A DNA stretch of 64,000 nucleotides from Sphaerodactylus townsendi (lineage: Eukaryota), in the NCBI RefSeq assembly GCF_021028975.2, contig NC_059433.1, positions 59,768,001 through 59,832,000 of the forward strand, given 5' to 3'. Shown one piece after another: positions 51,476 to 63,205 of the stretch. A program made the translations under genes and the position numbers. The stretch's first letter is position 1. Each line of letters starts with the position of its first letter. The notes under the pieces are model-generated. The model did no database searches. It was not told where the DNA came from and saw nothing but the letters and a program-made list of their open reading frames with translations.

Positions 51476-54400
51476 GTTTATGCACATGTTTTCCCTTCTT
51501 CAGCACCAACTCCACTCTTATATCTGAGAATCCCCACTTTTTCTGAATGCTCTGTGAATGTGACTTTTATTCTCCCTTCACAGGGAAAGCGAAAGAGATC
51601 CTGATGCCTTATGATTTCCTCAGGTTTTCTCACTCCTTCCCACCTTTTCTCACCCACACCACAGCAGTTCCTCAAACTCCATTGCCCACTGCACTCCCTC
51701 CTCCACAGCAGTTCCTCAAACTCCATTGCCCACTGCACTCCCTCCTCCATTTTTGCACAATTGGAAGTTTTGGGATGTTCCCCCACTGGATCCCATTAAA
51801 AAAAATACAGCGCTGTTTATTGATGTGTGGTGGTTTCCCCAGTCGACAAAGTATTGATAAACCAGATGCAATTCCCCTCTCCCCCCAAAAAAGCTGGCAG
51901 GCAGTCTCCCACAATGCACAGCAAGAGGTCTTTAGCCGGGAGTCGCCACTCATTCTGATCACATATAAGCTGTGACTGCAAAGTCCTTGGTTCTCAGTCT
52001 TTGATCAACTCAAATTCTTTTCAAATGGCAATTTCCTCCCCCCCTCCCCCACAGGACCCCCACTGAGGCCAGACAGAATCAGCAAGTGGGAGCTGCAGGG
52101 CTTTTCTGGTCAACAGGCAAAGATTCCAGCTCTGCCCAGAGCCTGTGGGGAGGGGGAGGGAGAGGATATAATTTTTAGTGTTTCCTTGTGTGAATTTCTG
52201 CAAGGGTGGTGGGACTGACACTGAGTTCCAGTGAACATAGAGTAGGAGAGCAGCTGGAGACCTGGTTTGCTGGAGCCAGGTGAGCTTCCTCCACTTTTGG
52301 CCAGCCTGGTGCTTCAGACTGTGGATGTAATCCAAAATCTTAAGGAGGAGGAGGAGGGCAGCTCTGATGGCTAGGAGCGTCTTTCTACCCAGGCTGGCCC
52401 TTCTCTGCCTCTCCCCTCAATAGATTTTCTCTGAATCCTCAAAAATGGCCAAATGCAAGGCAAAAAGGGGAGTGGGAGGAAGGATGATGCAAACAGAAAA
52501 CTCCCACTGCGAAGCAAAGTTTGAGAATCGACTGCTTCTTAACTATAGGGTGGTGCATGTGCAAATGGCCAGTGGCACTTTGGTATTTTATTTTTCAAGC
52601 ACCTTTAAAAACAGCCATGAAGCTTTCCTGTGACTTTTACATTTGTTTTTGAATCTGAACTGAAATATATTGTCTTTATTAGAAAAGAAATTCATATGCC
52701 TGTTTGTTACTTATAGATGAGCTAGCCAATAAAATGAAAATAGGGAATGGGTACAAAATTATAGGAATTCCAGTCTGTATGCAAAATGGCTCACAAGTCA
52801 CAGTGTGCCTGGAAGCCAATAGTGTGCTGCTCCCTAAGCTCAGAGGTAAGTCCAGAGAAAGGTGGGGAAAAAATAGAGGTGCCTGTGGCTCTCTGCTCTC
52901 ATGAGGACACAGACACTATGGGCAGAGTAAAGCCTTAATTTGGGAGAGGGTGAAAAAACTTTAGTGCAGTGATATTCTACCTTTACAGGGGTATTTGGTA
53001 ATTAAAAGGCTATATTTAATATTAATAGTTATATTATTGTATGTTTAGGGTGGTGCACAGAGTAAACAGTAGTCTTCTGGCTATTTCGATTGATGGTAAT
53101 TGCAAATGTGCCTCTCTGTGAGCTGCAGAATGTGTGCCATTACTTTAGGTGGCTTGCTTTCTACGTGCAGGGTAATTGATTAGTTTTCTATTAATTGAAG
53201 TTCAATAAATTAGCTCTGGCCCTGGAACATTCAGAGGGGGTTTTTTTGCTTATGCCCATGCCCCCCCCTCTTTTTCATTCTCATATTTCATCTTATTTAT
53301 ATGATATATTTACTAGATTTGAATTTAGACATACAAGGTACTCAGCATTCTGGAAAATCACCCTGTTATGATTCACTTCTGCCTTATTTCATAATAGAGT
53401 GCCCTCTACCTTTTAATTTGTGATCTTACAGCATTTAAAGGTTACTTTTCACATCTGAGGGTCAAATAAGCTAATAATGCAACAATAAAATTTAATCTGG
53501 GTAGAAAGCACTTCTTCTGAAGATTCTTCTGCATTGATGTTTACATTTGGCACCAATACCAAGTGGATTTTATTGATGCTGATTTTGTTGCCTTTTGTGG
53601 TTGCTTCATTTTAGTATTTATGTTGTTGATTGACATGTGTCTCGTACTGAAAGAGATATGTGGAATTTTAATAACGAATAAATAATATAGCATGTACTTA
53701 ATAATATGCATAAATCTGTTGTTTTAATATAGGCCAAGTCAATGGTCAAGCAGGACAACTGATAAGTTGACTGCTTTGCCACTTACTTAGGCTGCCAATC
53801 AATGCATAATAAGATATATCAGTTTTTAAAATTACCTTATTTTCTGCTAGATGGGAAAGCCGAAAAGGTAACAACCTCAGCTTGAATACAGCTCACAACT
53901 TATAAAACCAAGATGGCCACATAATATGAAACCTTACATCTAAATTCTAGCAACTTTTGTTTGGAAGTCAGTCCTAGTAGCATGTGCATTCAGAACTACA
54001 GTGTTGAGCTACAATTCTATGCAACTACCTGGACAAATTCCAGTAAACATGGTTCAAAGCAAACATGCAGAGAACTGGTCTGTAGAACTCATTACAAATA
54101 AAATAACTAAAACATGAGATTTGCTCCTCCAACAAATCTCAGGGAATTCAATAAAAATTGAGGACGATGATTATGAAATTGACTGTATCACTAGTTTAAA
54201 ATGCTCCTGCTGTGTTAGTTAGATTGAAGATTCTCTCTTGACTTTTTTTTTAAAATTCAGATCCTCCTTGCATCAGTGAAAAGTTTAAGCATCTCCTTGC
54301 TTTGACGTCGAATTCTTGTTGGAGATTTACGGCTGTTCTTGCTGACAGCTTTGCTTCCCAAGTCCTTCCACCAGGCATTTATAATACTCTCAAACTGGCC

Positions 54401-57400
54401 TTATTGTTGAGTCTAGTACAGACAAATGACAGAGACGAGGCAATGGCTGAATACCTGGATCTTTTGGTAGCAACACATGATACTTTCATATTGGAGAGGT
54501 GAACTGTATCTCTTTTGTATAAGTGGACAACATTTTTAGATATGCAACATTTTTAGATAGTTGTACATGATTTTTTAAAATGCACGCACAAATAATCCTG
54601 TTGTTTTTGTAGCATTAATTTAGCCATTCATCACATTCTTTCTTTTGTTTGAAATAAACATGAGCAAAGCAATGTGCCTGCTTCTTTATGGGAATGCAAT
54701 TATCAATTTGGGCTATATTTACATTTTCTTTAAAAGTGTTTTAAAAACTTCTTCCCCATAAAGCACTGAAGATATTGAGATATCTGCTTTCCTGTCTTCT
54801 AGACTTCTGAATTATAGTGTCTGCCTTGTGGAGCGGGGCATAAAACACATACCATCTGGTAAAGTTTTTCCCACTGTAGCCAAAGATAAACATGGTACTG
54901 GAATTGCTAGCATTCAGGCTGGTAGTGCTTTGCTAGCTAAAGGTGGAATCTGCTTCATAGGAGAACTATCGTCATATAAAAAGGATAAACTTGAACAGCT
55001 GCAATCAGGTAGGCTAGCTGGAAATTTTATAAATGCTGAGGCCACACCAATTGAAGTTACCGGTACTTCAACTGGCTGAATACATTTTGTCTTTAATGCT
55101 TTTTAATTTCAGGGAGAATCTGTCCATCACTAAGAACAGGTACATTTAAAAAGATAAGAAAAATTCTGGATTACCTCTGTATGACTTCACTACATGCAGT
55201 CCTTTTGGGAGGAAATAGCATTATATACTGTTTTATCTGTGACCAATATACAGATAAGGCACATCCTTCTGACAAAATCCTATAGAAGTATCAAACATTT
55301 TGGCTATACTAATGTGAATGAAGCCTATGCTAGTTTCATAAGACAGTTGCCCTAACTTCTAAGGATTGTATTGTTGTTAGAGATGTATGCTAGGTTGATG
55401 CAGAGATGATATCTGATGCTACACAAGAGAAATTACTGACTGCATAAGGGAGAAAGAGGCCGAGGACCCTAAATAATAACATACAAGACCACTGGTCTGG
55501 ATTAAAACTGGCCACAGTTTGTTTATTGATTTTGCTGGCGGAAGGAAGCAGAGGCACAGCATAGGGGACAGATCTGGTCACTATGTAGCACCCTTGCCAT
55601 CCCCAGTGACACCCTTCCCCCAAGCCCAATCCTGGGGGAACCTGGAGCAGCAAGCCACTGGGAGCCATTCTGAGTGCTTGCCTCTCAGTGAATCTTCCCT
55701 CGTTACCTGGGGACATGAGCCAGTCAGGAGCCTCTGCCTGGGCATGTAGCACCATGGCTTGCTCCACCCCCAAAGGCTCCTTATGGGAGCCCCCACTACT
55801 GGGGAGGACTGACACGCAGGCAGATCAGTCCCCATGCATAACCCACAAGCTGTGTTGAATATAGGCAATTAATATACCATATCCTGTAACAACGAAACGT
55901 AAAACATGCAACAAAGGTGGGTCTGGCCAGGGGTGTGCCAAGGCAAAGGAGGCAGAGGCATGCCTCACCTAGTCTTATATGGTGAGGAATCCCCCCCCCC
56001 CTGGTCCTGCCCCCAGTCATGTCATCCTGCCACACGGGCAGGCCTCCAATGGCCACACTTACCCTGTGCACAAAAGCCAATGCAGACTACTATCCACGCC
56101 CCCTCCAACCCTGCGTCAATGGCAGTCCTCAGGTGTGAAATGGGTTGCTCTTTACCTTTAACTGATAATTAGCATTTATTGCTTTAAAAAGCAAGTAATA
56201 AGGTAAACATGTAGGAGAGCATATCTAAAATTAGATATTAAAGTTCAAATTATTATAATTTACAAATTACTCTGTTAGAAACACCTAAAATCCTTGAAAT
56301 ATATTACATAACACTTTGTAGAGAATAATTCTGAAACAACATCAAAAAATACTGTTGTGAGTCTGTAAATTTGATATGGATATTAAAAATATGGGATATA
56401 GAAAAAATCTCAATTCTATCTTACTGTGGCTATTTCTGCACAGCCAAGGGAGAGAGCCTGCATTGGCATTAATCATGCTGATGCAGGCTCTGGGGCCGTT
56501 CGCACAAACGGCCCCATGGGATGCGCAGCTGTTGGAGCAAGCTCTGCACAGCCACGTATTCCCCGCCCTGGCCCCAAACGCCTCCTTATCTTCTGCTGGC
56601 AGCCATGTCGCTCTATCGTCGCTCTGAGTAAGGAAGGGGACACGCCCCCGTGGCCACAGCGACAGCTGAAGCACCAGAGACCAGGGGCCGTGTCGTGTCC
56701 CCTTCCCTCCTCAGAGCGACGCGGCTGCCAGCAGTAGGTAACGAGGTGTTTGGGGCCGGGGAGGGGAAAACGCCGGCTTCCACCCGCTGCCGTTGGCATG
56801 GCAGCGGCGCCTGTGCAAAGGGTCTCCGCCAAAACGGTGTTTTACCGGGCTGAAGCCGTTGCTTTCAGCCCGTGCAGAAACCGCTTGTGAAATAGTAACT
56901 TATGCATTTAACAAAGTGCTTAAAAATTTAAGAAAACAGTGAGGCAATTTACTCACGAGAGAATGAGAACAAGGAAGAAAGTTAAAGATTAAATAATAGA
57001 ATCCAGCTTCCAAAAGAATGGGTAAGCCAGCAGGCTGCTGTTGGTTGTATCTATATTTATGTCATTCTGAGAAACAAATACAGCAAGAAACAACTTGGTG
57101 AAACGCTTTATTTTAAACATATCACATGTAATCCATCTCTGAGGTTCTTACAAATAAGTATGTGATGTATTATACAAAGCAATATTTGCAGTGAGCTCTG
57201 CAAGACCTTTGGATTAAGTGCAGTTTGTATTTTAACTTTAGTGCTAGAGAGCAGAACTGCTACAGTATTCATTCCTGGAAAGAAGTATGGAGAAGATACT
57301 GATCAACAAATTTCTTTTCCAATTCAAACCAGTTTCTGGACATTTATTGATGTAGATTCCTGTTCCAGAAAGCATATTCTAAAGGATGATTCTCCAGTTG

Positions 57401-60400
57401 GCCAAATAGTAAGTCCTATACAACATTAAAGTGCTAATGGAATGTAACAGTAACTAGGAATACCTAATGGCTATCGATGGGACACAGATGGCAACCATGA
57501 ACAAGTGAAGCAGTCATGTTGATCCAGACTATTGATCGATCAAGGTGACTACTGTCTGTTGTGAGTGACAATAGTTCTTCAGATTTATCCATGCTTTCTA
57601 TAGGTCTATGACTGTAAATACATACATCTGAAAAGCTCTTCCAAACTAGAGGTCTTTCACATTACCAACCACGAGATCCTTTTAATGTATCCAGGATTGA
57701 ACCAGGAGCCCTCTGCCCACAAAACAGATGATCTTTTTCTGAGCCAATTCCTAGCCTAGTTTCAACATGTACTTATTTCCTCAGTCATAGAACCTATTTT
57801 AAGTCAAAGTTTGATTCTGTAGGACCCTATGCATACCAGAAGAAAAAAAATGAACTTTTACATTTTTCATACCCCACAGTGCAAAAGTTATTTTTGTTTG
57901 AAAGTATGCATGTGTTTATATTACCAGGATTTAAATCTGCCTTCAGCCAACCTTATAGATGCTTTTGGCCTCTTGATACACTGTACTGACCCATCATATT
58001 GCCATTCAATGCTTCCTGTTGTGAATTTTATTTTAAAGAAGGCTGTTGACCCAGAAGAGGCATCTTATGTGTTCTCCCATCACTTCAAAACACAAGATTA
58101 TGAGGAGGTAACTGTATACTGGGTGTGAAACAATCATCTTTTAGTTATGACTGTTGGAGCCACGAGAATGATTGGTAACTTGCTGTTCCAGTATTGTATC
58201 TAAAATATTGGGGTGTTTTGAAATTAGTCGTGTTTCCTCTTCTCTGTCCAAGACAATATTCTTTTGGTCTCTAACCTGTGTAGCTGTAATCCTCTTTCAT
58301 TTCCAAAATATAATCTCAGATTTAACAATATTAATCTTGTGGCACCTTGACACTTTCTGGCATCTCAGAAAATTAATGAAAAGTTTTTTAAATTCTATCA
58401 AAGGTTAAGTCTTTAAGGTATGATAAAATTACTGCTTGTTTTCACTGCAATAGACAGTGCTGGTTTTTTAAATGGAGATAGATGAAAGTGTTAGATCTCT
58501 CATAGCACAGGATATTTAAACAATATTTTGATTCAACAATGAAATTAGGCGTTATTTTCCCCTATTCTCCCTTTGGCAGTTCGTATGTACTGTTACTCAG
58601 ATTCAAGTTGAGACCGAGTACATTTCTATTTCTTCCGCTATACTTCCATGTCTTTTACAACACTTTGAGGCCCACTGAGTAGTAGAAAAGTGGAACTGTA
58701 AAAGTGGAATTGAAAACTGAAATATTTAAATAAATATAAAAGTCGGCTAACGATGGGCTGTACAGAGAGAAAACAGCAACTGTACAGTAGATTGGTCATG
58801 ATGATGTTTGATCCTTTCTTTAAATGTTTCAGGAAGGTCTCCAGGAGACTACACATGTCAGAGCCTACTTGAAATGGAAGTACTGTACTCAAACTGTACT
58901 TATCCTTAGACTAACTGGCTGACTGTTGATAACCAATACTCTATTGTTAATCATAGCCCACCACACCACAGTGGCATCTCTGACAAATACTTCTACAATA
59001 TAGCAGTAGTTTACATTCCTGTGCAATATAGGTGTGATTACCATGAAAATCCTGTTATGTACACTGCTTTCATAAGTTAAGTTTTCCACACTTCTGAAAG
59101 ATTGAAATGTTTTCATTTTTAGTTTGTTGCTTTTGCTAAGAATTTACATGCGGAACTTAGGTCAGAGGCAGAAAAACTTATACATGGTTACTACCTAGCA
59201 AGTCGCAGAGTAAGAACACATTCCATTCATGGATCGAATGTCTCAACAGCTGCACTAAAAGTTTTGTAAGTTTCATTTGCAAATTATGTTAAGTATAGTT
59301 ACTTAAATTTTTATCCTTCAAAATCTAAAAACATATTTTACCGACACAACTGAATTATGGTTTAAATAGTTGTGTCAGAGAATAAGGTGAGATGCCCAAT
59401 CAAGGGTTGTAAGCCAACCTTCCTGGGAAGCTTGGAAGGAATAGAGGATCTGCAACTCCCATGCTTCGTATACGCTCCTTTTAAACATGTTAGTTGTAGA
59501 ACAAAACATATGAATCTTTGGTTTTCTTTGAAAATATTCCTATACCTTTTCTAGGAAAACATTTTGAATGTAAGTCAAGGAACATATCAAATTGTAAAAT
59601 CCAGTTTCATAAACTTCATCTATACTTTTGTTAGGATGAAACAATATATTCAGGTTCTGGGGTAATTCTAAACAATTTTTTAATTTTTCAAATATGGTTG
59701 TTATCTAAGCTATAATGCAAGTAACTGCCTTGTGCGGGAGGGGAACATTAAGCATCCTTGTGTAACGTCCTATGGACAAGCGTAATTTAGAGACATGTTT
59801 ATATTTCAGGATTTCATTGTCTGAAGCACATGCTAAACTGAGTTTACGGACAAACGTACTTGAAGAAGATGCCTTGATTGCTATCTTATTGTATGAATCA
59901 TCTCTCACTTTAAAACACGGTAAAATAAACATTAATTTTTCTTAAGTCCAAACTGTTTCTCTAAAAATTCATGCAGGATTCAAGGTGCAGGAAGAGATTC
60001 CACCTAAACATTAGGAAGAACTTTTGGTCAGGGCTGTTAGACAGTGGAATTCACTGCCTTGGAGAGTGGTGTAATCACCTTCTTTGGAGGTTTTTAAACA
60101 GAGGCTGGATGACCATGTCAGCAGTGCTTTGATTGTGTGTTTCTACATGGCAGGGGGTTGGATTTGATGGTCCTTGTGGTCTCTTCCAACTCTATGATTG
60201 ACCCCTACTGGCTGCAGAATTATGCCAGCCTCGTTAGACATTCTTTTACATCCTACCTTGTCATGAAATGAAACACTGGACTTACTTTGAAGGTGCATTT
60301 TACTTGAGGAAGAGGACATTCTGGAACATTTGGGTACTTTCCTACATTTCACCCCTGGAGGCAGAAAGTAGACAGATCTTTTGTCTCTAGATGGGAGGGA

Positions 60401-63064
60401 ATGCCTGCCACTCTCCATTTGGAGACTTCCTTAGCAAATATATCATTTGCATAGTGTGTCTCTCTGTGCATTGTGTACCCCTAATCATCGATGCCAGAGC
60501 AATGGAATGTAATACACTAACAACAATGTCAACAGGATGAACAGAAACCAAAGTAACGTTTAGAGACAGTAGGAAAGAAGGGTGATGCAACACCTCCTCT
60601 TTCATTATTGCTTGAGGATAGGAAAACATTCTGGAACATTTTATTTATTTACAAAATTTAAATCCTGCCTTTCTGTCTTTCAAGGATCAACAAGGTAGCT
60701 AACAATTTAAAAGACAGATGACAAAATTACATTATAAAATCATTACAATAAAAACATACATCATTAAAACAACTGTAAAAAGGTTTAACAACATTTGGGA
60801 TGTTCCCAAGCAGTATGTCCAGAGAGTGGCAACTCAACTGCCACATGAACACAAGACCACTTACTGTAGGACCCACCCTCCAAAGGCTATGGAGTCCAAC
60901 TTACAGTGTCTGACAAAAGTGGACACTGATGCCCACATTGTAGCCTTGAAAACATCAGCAATCAAAGCATTAGTCTCAAAGGATGTGGATGTTGCTGCAT
61001 TACAGACTGAATGAGCAGTAATGTCTCCTGGAATCTCCAATTCATTTGCTTAGGGTTCCTTTGTGACTTTTTCCCCTTTGGTGACTGGATAAGCCACAAA
61101 TGGTCAAAATGGCAGAAAGGTCTAAATTGCATACAGTAAATAGAATTTAAAAAAAACACTAAGAAGTTTATAACCAAGGCTGTTAACCTAGAACACTCTG
61201 GAGGTCCTTAATTCATAGGATCACCATAAGTTGGAAGTGACAAGAGAGCACTCAACATACAGAAGAGAAATTACTTAACTATTACTACTACTACTACTAC
61301 TAATAATAATAATTCACTTGAGGATACCCTCTTGTCGTGAGGAAGGGGCTTGTGTGCTGTGATGATGCGAGAGCTATGCTGGAGGTAGTGTATTCTACTA
61401 GAAGGGTCTCCCAAGTTAGACAGGTCTCAATGAAAAAAACAGACTAACAGTGGCCACCAACCCATACAATATGGTGAAACAAATACAAAAGAATTCTATA
61501 ACGCATCAGTTCACGCTGATTAACATGAGGGATGTGAACAAGGCATAGATGACAATTGAAGTAACTTTCATCAAACCAATCAGCTCATGAGGCATATGGC
61601 TTCAGTGGTCACATGAGAACTGGATACTGAAACACCTAAACCCAAGGTAAATCAAACATCAAAACTGAAGTGGAAAATTCAACTTGAAGAGATCAAAAAT
61701 CTAAGATCAGATGCCAGCAACCTGAAAAATAATCTTCACCAATTTTCCATCTTGGCTGCAGTCCCCTATACCAAATCCCATGCCATTCCACTTCTCTTTT
61801 GGCTTCTGGGGATGGTGACACAGAAAACAGCATATATTCTGTAACAACTCAATCCATAACTGTTAGGAGCCAATTTATATTAAGGGGTGTGTGTGTGTGT
61901 TTATAAATCTTGTCCTTGGATACCTTTAAAATTACCTTTAAAGAATATTAAAGAGCAGTGTCTTGTTTAGATATGTTAAGTAAAAAGCTGCTACCAACTC
62001 ACCAGAAGATTTTTCAGTACTGCATGCCGCTAGATTAGGGTTTCTACCTAGAAACACCCGATTTCAAACTTTTATATAAATATGACAAATCCAAGCATGC
62101 ATCTTAGTATTACCGTATATACTCGGATATAAGTCAACTTTTCCAGCACATTTTTGTGCTGAAAAAGCCCCCCTCAACTTATATGCAAGGTGTATTTTAA
62201 AAAGTATTTTAGGGTTTTTACTTTCTTTTTCGGTTAGTGGCACCAAAATTTCAGGCTAGCAACAGGTGACACTCCTGATACCAGCCAGGTTTGGTGAAGT
62301 TTGGTTCAGGGGGTCCAAAGTTGTGGACCCCCAAAAGGGGTGCCCCCATCCCCCATTGTTTCCAATGGGAGCTAATAGTAGATGGGGCTACATTTTGAGG
62401 GCCCATAACTTTGGACCCCCTGAACCAAACTTCATCAAACCTGGGTGGTATCATCCTAAAGATACTCTGAAATGTTGGTACTGCTAACATAAACATTCCT
62501 CCCGACAGGCACCCTCAAATTTTCCCCAGATTCTCCCTTTAAATCACCCCCCTTCTGAGTGGATTTAAAGGGAGAATCAGGGCTTACAGTGCTAGTTTAC
62601 TGTTTTTCTTTGAAATAAATATTCAAAAACATTTAACCTACTGATGCCTCAATTAATGTAATTTTATTGGTATCTATTTTTATTTTTGAAATTTACCAGT
62701 AGCTGCTGCATTTCCCACCCTCGACTTATACGTGAGTCAATAAGTTTTCCCAGTTTTTTGTGGTAAAATTAGGTACCTCGACTTATATGCAGGTTGACTT
62801 ATACATGAGTATATACGGTACCTTACAGTAGAAGAAATGCTGATATATTCAAAATTGCATTGTAATTTAGTATCTTGACTTTAATGTCTCCATACAGGTG
62901 CCTCTGTATTTTGTGTGCCCCCCAATGTCCTTTTCCCATTTGAACTCAACCATGAGCACTCTCTGGATCAAAGGGATGTTTATCTTATGCAGTGTCACCA
63001 ACAGCTGATGCAGTTCATTGCCACATATGGGCCTCCAACACACATTCTCAGTACTGAAGATTAA
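45240..63064 (+). CDS. MCMDC2: Minichromosome maintenance domain-containing protein 2, full spliced CDS (14 coding exons, 2058 nt, 685 aa)
   Basis: Exons join in frame and match recalled human MCMDC2 (YLDRSGGLQKF, TKYTQGARF.C, IQAGSALLAKGGICFIG.L, GYYLASRR.R, QFIATYGP); same gene order as human SGK3-MCMDC2. Confidence 0.97.
45412..45512. mobile_element. Internally deleted copy of the palindromic hAT MITE
   Basis: Ends as in 7080 and 31731; left arm shortened at a cca microhomology. Confidence 0.8.
45553..45683 (+). CDS. MCMDC2: MCMDC2 coding exon 2 (DSKQSYAVFRFLISVNPSDIAELDATLGNYILHEPVKATQIFQT)
   Basis: ttacag| and |gtaagg; 131 nt. Confidence 0.96.
45777..45836 (+). CDS. MCMDC2: MCMDC2 coding exon 3 (VCFTAVKTLTLIQQLQTKAQ)
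   Basis: ttctag| and |gtagga; 60 nt. Confidence 0.95.
47137..47332 (+). CDS. MCMDC2: MCMDC2 coding exon 4 (MNIVLKLTHLPSLP...ARFVCSEETCPFSE)
   Basis: tcttag| and |gtatgc; 196 nt. Confidence 0.96.
47938..48031. mobile_element. 94-bp hAT MITE nested in a minus-strand MIR/CORE-like SINE (about 47905-48205)
   Basis: TIRs cagggccgtagc / gctacgccgctg; TSD caaaccag / caaagcag. Confidence 0.7.
48341..48463 (+). CDS. MCMDC2: MCMDC2 coding exon 5 (GFQYIRVHSPGATESATVRNDFVCSLCSSSLQEDIKYRVLG)
   Basis: tcttag| and |gtgaga; 123 nt. Confidence 0.96.
48580..49170 (+). mobile_element. Degraded L2 LINE ORF2 fragment
   Basis: GLSCHQYVDY (YADD region), KLQLVQNAVA and LHWL motifs across frameshifts. Confidence 0.75.
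49788..49895 (+). CDS. MCMDC2: MCMDC2 coding exon 6 (DKKIIEMIDPKAMSAFQGFCSNKDHFRFQSFTVFLR)
   Basis: ttaaag| and |gtaagt; 108 nt. Confidence 0.95.
51365..52570. mobile_element. About 1.2-kb non-autonomous DNA element (Harbinger-like TIRs) containing an (ATT)n tract and a 44-bp tandem duplication
   Basis: ggccatttacacac left end and gcatgtgcaaatggcc right end are inverted. Confidence 0.5.
51418..51475. repeat. (ATT)n microsatellite, about 19 units
   Basis: Read directly from the sequence. Confidence 0.97.
52717..52845 (+). CDS. MCMDC2: MCMDC2 coding exon 7 (DELANKMKIGNGYKIIGIPVC...LPKLR)
   Basis: ttatag| and |gtaagt; 129 nt. Confidence 0.96.
54261..54498 (+). CDS. MCMDC2: MCMDC2 coding exon 8 (DPPCISEKFKHLLALTSNSCWRF...TFILER)
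   Basis: attcag| and |gtgaac; 238 nt. Confidence 0.96.
54803..55008 (+). CDS. MCMDC2: MCMDC2 coding exon 9 (LLNYSVCLVERGIKHIP...GGICFIGELSSYKKDKLEQLQS)
   Basis: ttctag| and |gtaggc; 206 nt. Confidence 0.96.
56428..56884. mobile_element. GC/CpG-rich Harbinger-like MITE (possibly nested)
   Basis: ggctatttctgcac and gtgcagaaaccgc inverted ends; internal hairpin ggggccgttcgcacaaacggcccc. Confidence 0.55.
57242..57408 (+). CDS. MCMDC2: MCMDC2 coding exon 10 (VLESRTATVFIPGKKYGEDTDQQISFP...PVGQI)
   Basis: ctttag| and |gtaagt; 167 nt. Confidence 0.96.
57928..58107 (+). CDS. MCMDC2: MCMDC2 coding exon 11 (DLNLPSANLIDAFGLLIHC...FKTQDYEE)
   Basis: taccag| and |gtaact; 180 nt. Confidence 0.96.
59123..59265 (+). 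CDS. MCMDC2: MCMDC2 coding exon 12 (FVAFAKNLHAELRSEAEKLIHGYYLASRRVRT...ALKV)
   Basis: ttttag| and |gtaagt; 143 nt. Confidence 0.96.
59810..59919 (+). CDS. MCMDC2: MCMDC2 coding exon 13 (ISLSEAHAKLSLRTNVLEEDALIAILLYESSLTLKH)
   Basis: tttcag| and |gtaaaa; 110 nt. Confidence 0.96.
59976..60199 (+). mobile_element. CR1 3' end
   Basis: RFHLNIRKNF..WNSLP..SPSLEVFKQRLD coding remnant and ttccaactctatgatt tail. Confidence 0.8.
61200..61460 (+). mobile_element. RTE-clade remnants (BovB-like 3' end, then an RTE 5'-UTR-like piece)
   Basis: cataggatcaccataagttggaa resembles the BovB end; cttgtcgtg..aggggcttg resembles RTE 5' ends. Confidence 0.45.
62113..62818. mobile_element. Non-autonomous Tc1/mariner (pogo/Tc2-like) element
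   Basis: TIRs ccgtatatactc / gagtatatacgg, TA TSD, subterminal gacttata repeats, internal hairpin at 62285-62445. Confidence 0.85.
62898..63064 (+). CDS. MCMDC2: MCMDC2 last coding exon (GASVFCVPPNVLFPFELNHE...QFIATYGPPTHILSTED*)
   Basis: atacag|, TAA at 63062-63064. Confidence 0.96.
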
Positions 63065-63114
63065 CAGAACTGTAGCAAGTATGAGGATCCTTTGCTGATT
63101 TCAGGGTAATGTGA

Positions 63115-63205
63115 AATAAAAGACAAGTACAGAAGTAATTGCTAATATTTTATTCTAGTAACAGTATTGCATCTTAAGTGCTTTGTTTTTAGCATACAGA
63201 ATAAA
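63115..63205 (+). terminator. Candidate MCMDC2 poly(A) signals (AATAAA at 63115 and 63200)
   Basis: Two canonical hexamers 50 and 135 nt after the stop codon. Confidence 0.5.

Noticed and set aside
51413-51604. Poly-isoleucine ORF
   Set aside because: Translation of the (ATT)n microsatellite
53871-53882. acaacctcagct matches part of recalled SNORD87, which lies downstream of MCMDC2 in human
   Set aside because: Only a 12-nt match, without boxes or the guide; the real locus is presumably beyond the window
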